DNA from: Auanema rhodensis
Taxonomy: Eukaryota > Animalia > Nematoda
DNA length: 64,000 bases
Direction: 5' to 3'
Assembly: GCA_964057225.1 (NCBI GenBank)
Contig: OZ059899.1
Span: 15,934,001-15,998,000, forward strand
Shown here: piece by piece, positions 60,940-64,000 of the stretch
Layout: the number at the start of each line of letters is the position of its first letter
Numbering within the stretch: position 1 is the stretch's first letter
Translations under genes and position numbers: made by a program
Notes under the pieces: model-generated
Databases searched by the model: none
The model's input: only the letters and a program-made list of their open reading frames with translations
Told to the model about the DNA's origin: nothing

Positions 60940-61130
60940 GCAAACTGACAAGTTTACCAAACTTTAGGTTTACCAAGAATTAGACGAGTTTACCATAGTT
61001 ATATGGTATACCAGGTTTACCAGGTTTACCAAAGTATACCCAATATTAATTTGTGAACACTTCGCAAGGTTTACCAAGTATACCAAATTTACCAAGTTTA
61101 CCAAAAAAATATCTTTATACTAAGTATATC
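60940..61130. repeat. Putative TIR/subterminal motif cluster (GTTTACCA / GTATACCA, about 12 copies)
   Basis: Directly visible reiterated 8-mers at the insert boundary. Confidence 0.7.
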
Positions 61131-61592
61131 AAAATACAAAAAGTTGTAGTTTGAAATTGTATGTTTTTCAAGGTAGTGATAATAATAAAAATTTTTTATT
61201 AATTGAACATGATCTGTTAAAAAAATGGAAATTTAATTCTTAAAAAACCTTCTGTTTCGCATGTTTTCTTTTTGTGGAGCTGTTGCATACATGAAAAGTG
61301 TTCATTAAAGATGTTAAGTAATCGTTCTAACTGATCTTTTGATAATGATTTTCAAATTGCTGAGAGTGTGTGATGGATCAATATTGTAAATGAAATGAAA
61401 TATTAAATTTTAAATATGCTAGTTTACTGACCTTATTAATGCTCTTGTTGTTTGATTTTTGTAGCTACGGCACTTTATGAAAGTGAGTAGTAGCGTTCCT
61501 GTTGTCCCCCTGGCCCTGGTATCAGAATCTCGTCATCTGAATCGGCTGTTGAGCTATAATGAAAATTGATTACAAATCGAGGTATTTGAAAC

Positions 61593-62815
61593 CTATTCCA
61601 TGTCGTAGTAGTTTCTCTTACGGTTCGTTTTCGAAAATTGAGAACCAAATCTTCTGTGATCAAACTTTGATCCGTCAGCTGGTCTCAATTGCTCAGCTTG
61701 TACATCTCGCACTGTTCTCTCATTTCTTTTTCGTTCCAGATTTTCCACGATCGCTCTTTTGTTCGTTTCGTTTTCTAACGATATGAAGACAGCTAGCCTG
61801 GAACAAAAATATAATATTTTGTTTCTCAAACTTAAGAAACCTGTGTTGGCATAGAGCATGCTTAGGGCAATTTCGTTGCGTGCATCCCGGACTGGAGCAT
61901 ACAAGCTCATTATTGGTCTCATTGACACATCCCAATCTGGAATAACAATGATAAACTCAAAATAAAAAATCTTAGCTTACGCTCCCGTACTGTCCTTGGT
62001 GAAATATATGCCTGCCTTCGCAGCAGGAAATACTTCCAAACGCTGAACAGTTTCAAAAAACATGTCCGCATTGCTGGTCCCGACTGGCTCACTCATCCAT
62101 GATGGATAGCTTGACAACGAATTTTCAAAAATGAAATCACTCAAACCGAAAAGTTTGAGCTTATTCATTTTTTCAATGCGTGTCATTACTAACCACTCAT
62201 GGTTTTCAACATGAAAATGAGTGACCAGTTTGTCGGATTTCTGATGAACGGCTCCAATTCGTTCTTTAATTTCTTCTATAAAAAAATTACTAGTTATTTT
62301 CATTATGTTTTGATTACCTTCATGTAGTTGTAGCATTTTTTCTAGAACTTGATGAGCCGGAATAGGGTGAGGTATTCTAGCGTTCAATTGAGAATTCTTC
62401 GACTCCAACAAGCTTGTTGAAAAAAATTGTTGGCTTTGCCCAGCTCTCAATTTTTGAATCAAACTATTGGTTTGATATAAATCGTCCTTGTTGGTAAGAA
62501 GCCTAAATTAAAAAAAAATAAAAGAATTCAAAAAAAACCAACCATTGTCGAGTTCTTTCTCCACAATTCCTTACAATATCTTGGATTTTCCTTTCATATT
62601 CATCACGGTTTTGTGATGATAGAGCCCCTTTCCTCATGATCGTTCCATATTCAGTCTTAAAACATAAAAATAGTGTTTAAAAACAATATCAAGTATACCT
62701 CTTTTTTTCTTCCAAATATTTTATGGAGGATGTGTTCCTTTCTCTCAGCATCATCGTCCTTGCCGAATGTGCTTTTGATATTCTCCATTCGGTGCACGGA
62801 ACATCTTAGCGGTAC
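61593..62815 (-). pseudogene. 5'-truncated spliced MULE transposase with SWIM zinc finger
   Basis: Exons ~62815-62699, 62655-62543, 62502-61981, 61936-61841 and 61797-61593 join in frame across GT-AG introns of 43, 40, 44 and 43 bp, giving LRCSVHRMENIK (CxxH), FSTSLLESKNSQL (catalytic E motif) and C...C...LCQHRLAV (SWIM-like). Confidence 0.8.
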
Positions 62816-62910
62816 GGTACGGTACGAGTTCAGTCGTATGTTATATTTCAATTTGATCTTCGCAGTAGGGTAAAAACAATTTTAGCTACGTTGGAATGTC
62901 AAAAAATATC

Positions 62911-62992
62911 TGATGAGAGTGGGATTCGAACCCACGCCTCCGAAGAGACTGGTGCCTTAAACCAGCGCCTTAGACCGCTCGGCCATCTCACC
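62911..62992 (-). tRNA. tRNA-Leu(AAG)
   Basis: Consensus copy. Confidence 0.95.
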
Positions 62993-63087
62993 TTGATGTG
63001 ACTATTTCAGTCGTATGTTATATTTCAATTTGATCATCGCAATAGGGTAAAAACAATTTTAGCTACGTTGGAATGTCAAAAAATATC

Positions 63088-63169
63088 TGATGAGAGTGGG
63101 ATTCGAACCCACGCCTCCGAAGAGACTGGTGCCTTAAACCAGCGCCTTAGACCGCTCGGCCATCTCACC
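63088..63169 (-). tRNA. tRNA-Leu(AAG)
   Basis: Consensus copy. Confidence 0.95.
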
Positions 63170-63264
63170 TTGATGTGGCATTTTCAGTCGTATGTTATAT
63201 TTCAATTTGATCTTCGCAGTAGGGTAAAAACAATTTTAGCTACGTTGGAATGTCAAAAAATATC

Positions 63265-63346
63265 TGATGAGAGTGGGATTCGAACCCACGCCTCCGAAGA
63301 GACTGGTGCCTAAAACCAGCGCCTTAGACCGCTAGGCCATCTCACC
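63265..63346 (-). tRNA. tRNA-Leu(TAG), D-arm substitution
   Basis: TAG anticodon; one D-arm change. Confidence 0.85.
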
Positions 63347-63441
63347 TTGATGTGACTATTTCAGTCGTATGTTATATTCGAATTTGATCATCGCAATAGG
63401 GTAAAAACAATTTTAACTACGTTGGAATGTCAAAAAATATC

Positions 63442-63523
63442 TGATGAGAGTGGGATTCGAACCCACGCCTCCGAAGAGACTGGTGCCTAAAACCAGCGCC
63501 TTAGACCGCTCGGCCATCTCACC
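63442..63523 (-). tRNA. tRNA-Leu(TAG)
   Basis: Consensus body, TAG anticodon. Confidence 0.94.
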
Positions 63524-63618
63524 TTGATGTGGCATTTTCAGTCGTATGTTATATTTCAATTTGATCATCGCAGTAGAGTAACAACAATTTTAGCTACGTT
63601 GGAATGTCAAAAAATATC

Positions 63619-63700
63619 TGATGAGAGTGGGATTCGAACCCACGCCTCCGAAGAGACTGGTGCCTTAAACCAGCGCCTTAGACCGCTCGGCCATCTCACC
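63619..63700 (-). tRNA. tRNA-Leu(AAG)
   Basis: Consensus copy. Confidence 0.95.
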
Positions 63701-63795
63701 TTGATGTGACTATTTCGGTCGTATGTTATATTTGAATTTGATCATAGCAGTTGGGTAAAAACAATTTTAGCAACGTTGGAATGTCAAAAAATATC

Positions 63796-63877
63796 TGATG
63801 AGAGTGGGATTCGAACCCACGCCTCCGAAGAGACTGGTGCCTAAAACCAGCGCCTTAGACCGCTGGGCCATCTCACC
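63796..63877 (-). tRNA. tRNA-Leu(TAG), D-arm substitution
   Basis: TAG anticodon; one D-arm change. Confidence 0.85.
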
Positions 63878-64000
63878 TTGATGTGGCATTTTCAGTCGTA
63901 TGTTATATTTCAATTTGATCATCGCAGTAGAGTAAAAACAATTTTAGCTACGTTGGAATGTCAAAAAATATCTGATGAGAGTGGGATTCGAACCCACGCC

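Larger units (their letters stand above)
60940..62828 (-). mobile_element. One-ended fragment of a Mutator-like (MULE) DNA transposon
   Basis: G-starting terminus with reiterated GTTTACCA/GTATACCA motifs, AT-rich 3' region and spliced transposase C-terminal half; other end missing, so no TSD can be seen. Confidence 0.75.
62829..64000 (-). repeat. 177-bp tRNA-Leu tandem array, block 3 (6 full copies; continues past window end)
   Basis: Same unit resumes at TTCAGTCGTATG. Confidence 0.97.

Noticed and set aside
60950-61110. Telomeric repeat or telomere-addition site
   Set aside because: The motifs are GTTTACCA-type with only one TTTAGG and no tandem TTAGGC run.
56565-63709. Repeated 61-106 aa plus-strand ORFs (MMWHFQSYVIF...)
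   Set aside because: Antisense translations of the tRNA unit; 177 is divisible by 3, starts are mostly TTG, and stops toggle with the anticodon variant.
49713-64000. tRNA-derived SINE array
   Set aside because: Units contain a complete cloverleaf followed at once by a Pol III terminator, with no SINE body, tail or TSDs.

Overview
Eukaryotic, almost certainly nematode, repeat-dominated window with no recognisable host gene. (1) An exactly 200-bp tandem satellite (~215 monomers, 1-49712) is interrupted by a very young, intact 6648-bp BEL/Pao LTR retrotransposon (16831-23478; identical 231-bp LTRs, GTGAA TSD, tRNA-Gly PBS, split gag/pol). (2) The satellite is fused directly to a 177-bp tandem array of minus-strand tRNA-Leu genes (49713-64000; 37 full-length copies by manual count: 21 AAG, 15 TAG, 1 TAA). 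(3) The tRNA array carries a 5555-bp Ty3/gypsy-type LTR element (50875-56429, minus strand; 337-bp LTRs ending CG...CG, CTTC TSD, tRNA-Gln PBS). Its polyprotein reads Gag, then a Cys-rich envelope-like ectodomain, then integrase, with no protease, RT or RNase H. (4) A truncated, spliced Mutator-like (MULE) transposase fragment with four 40-44-bp introns lies at 60940-62828. The best candidates for new biology are the RT-less Gag-Env-IN element and the mixed-anticodon tRNA-Leu array. All calls are by eye; no searches were run.
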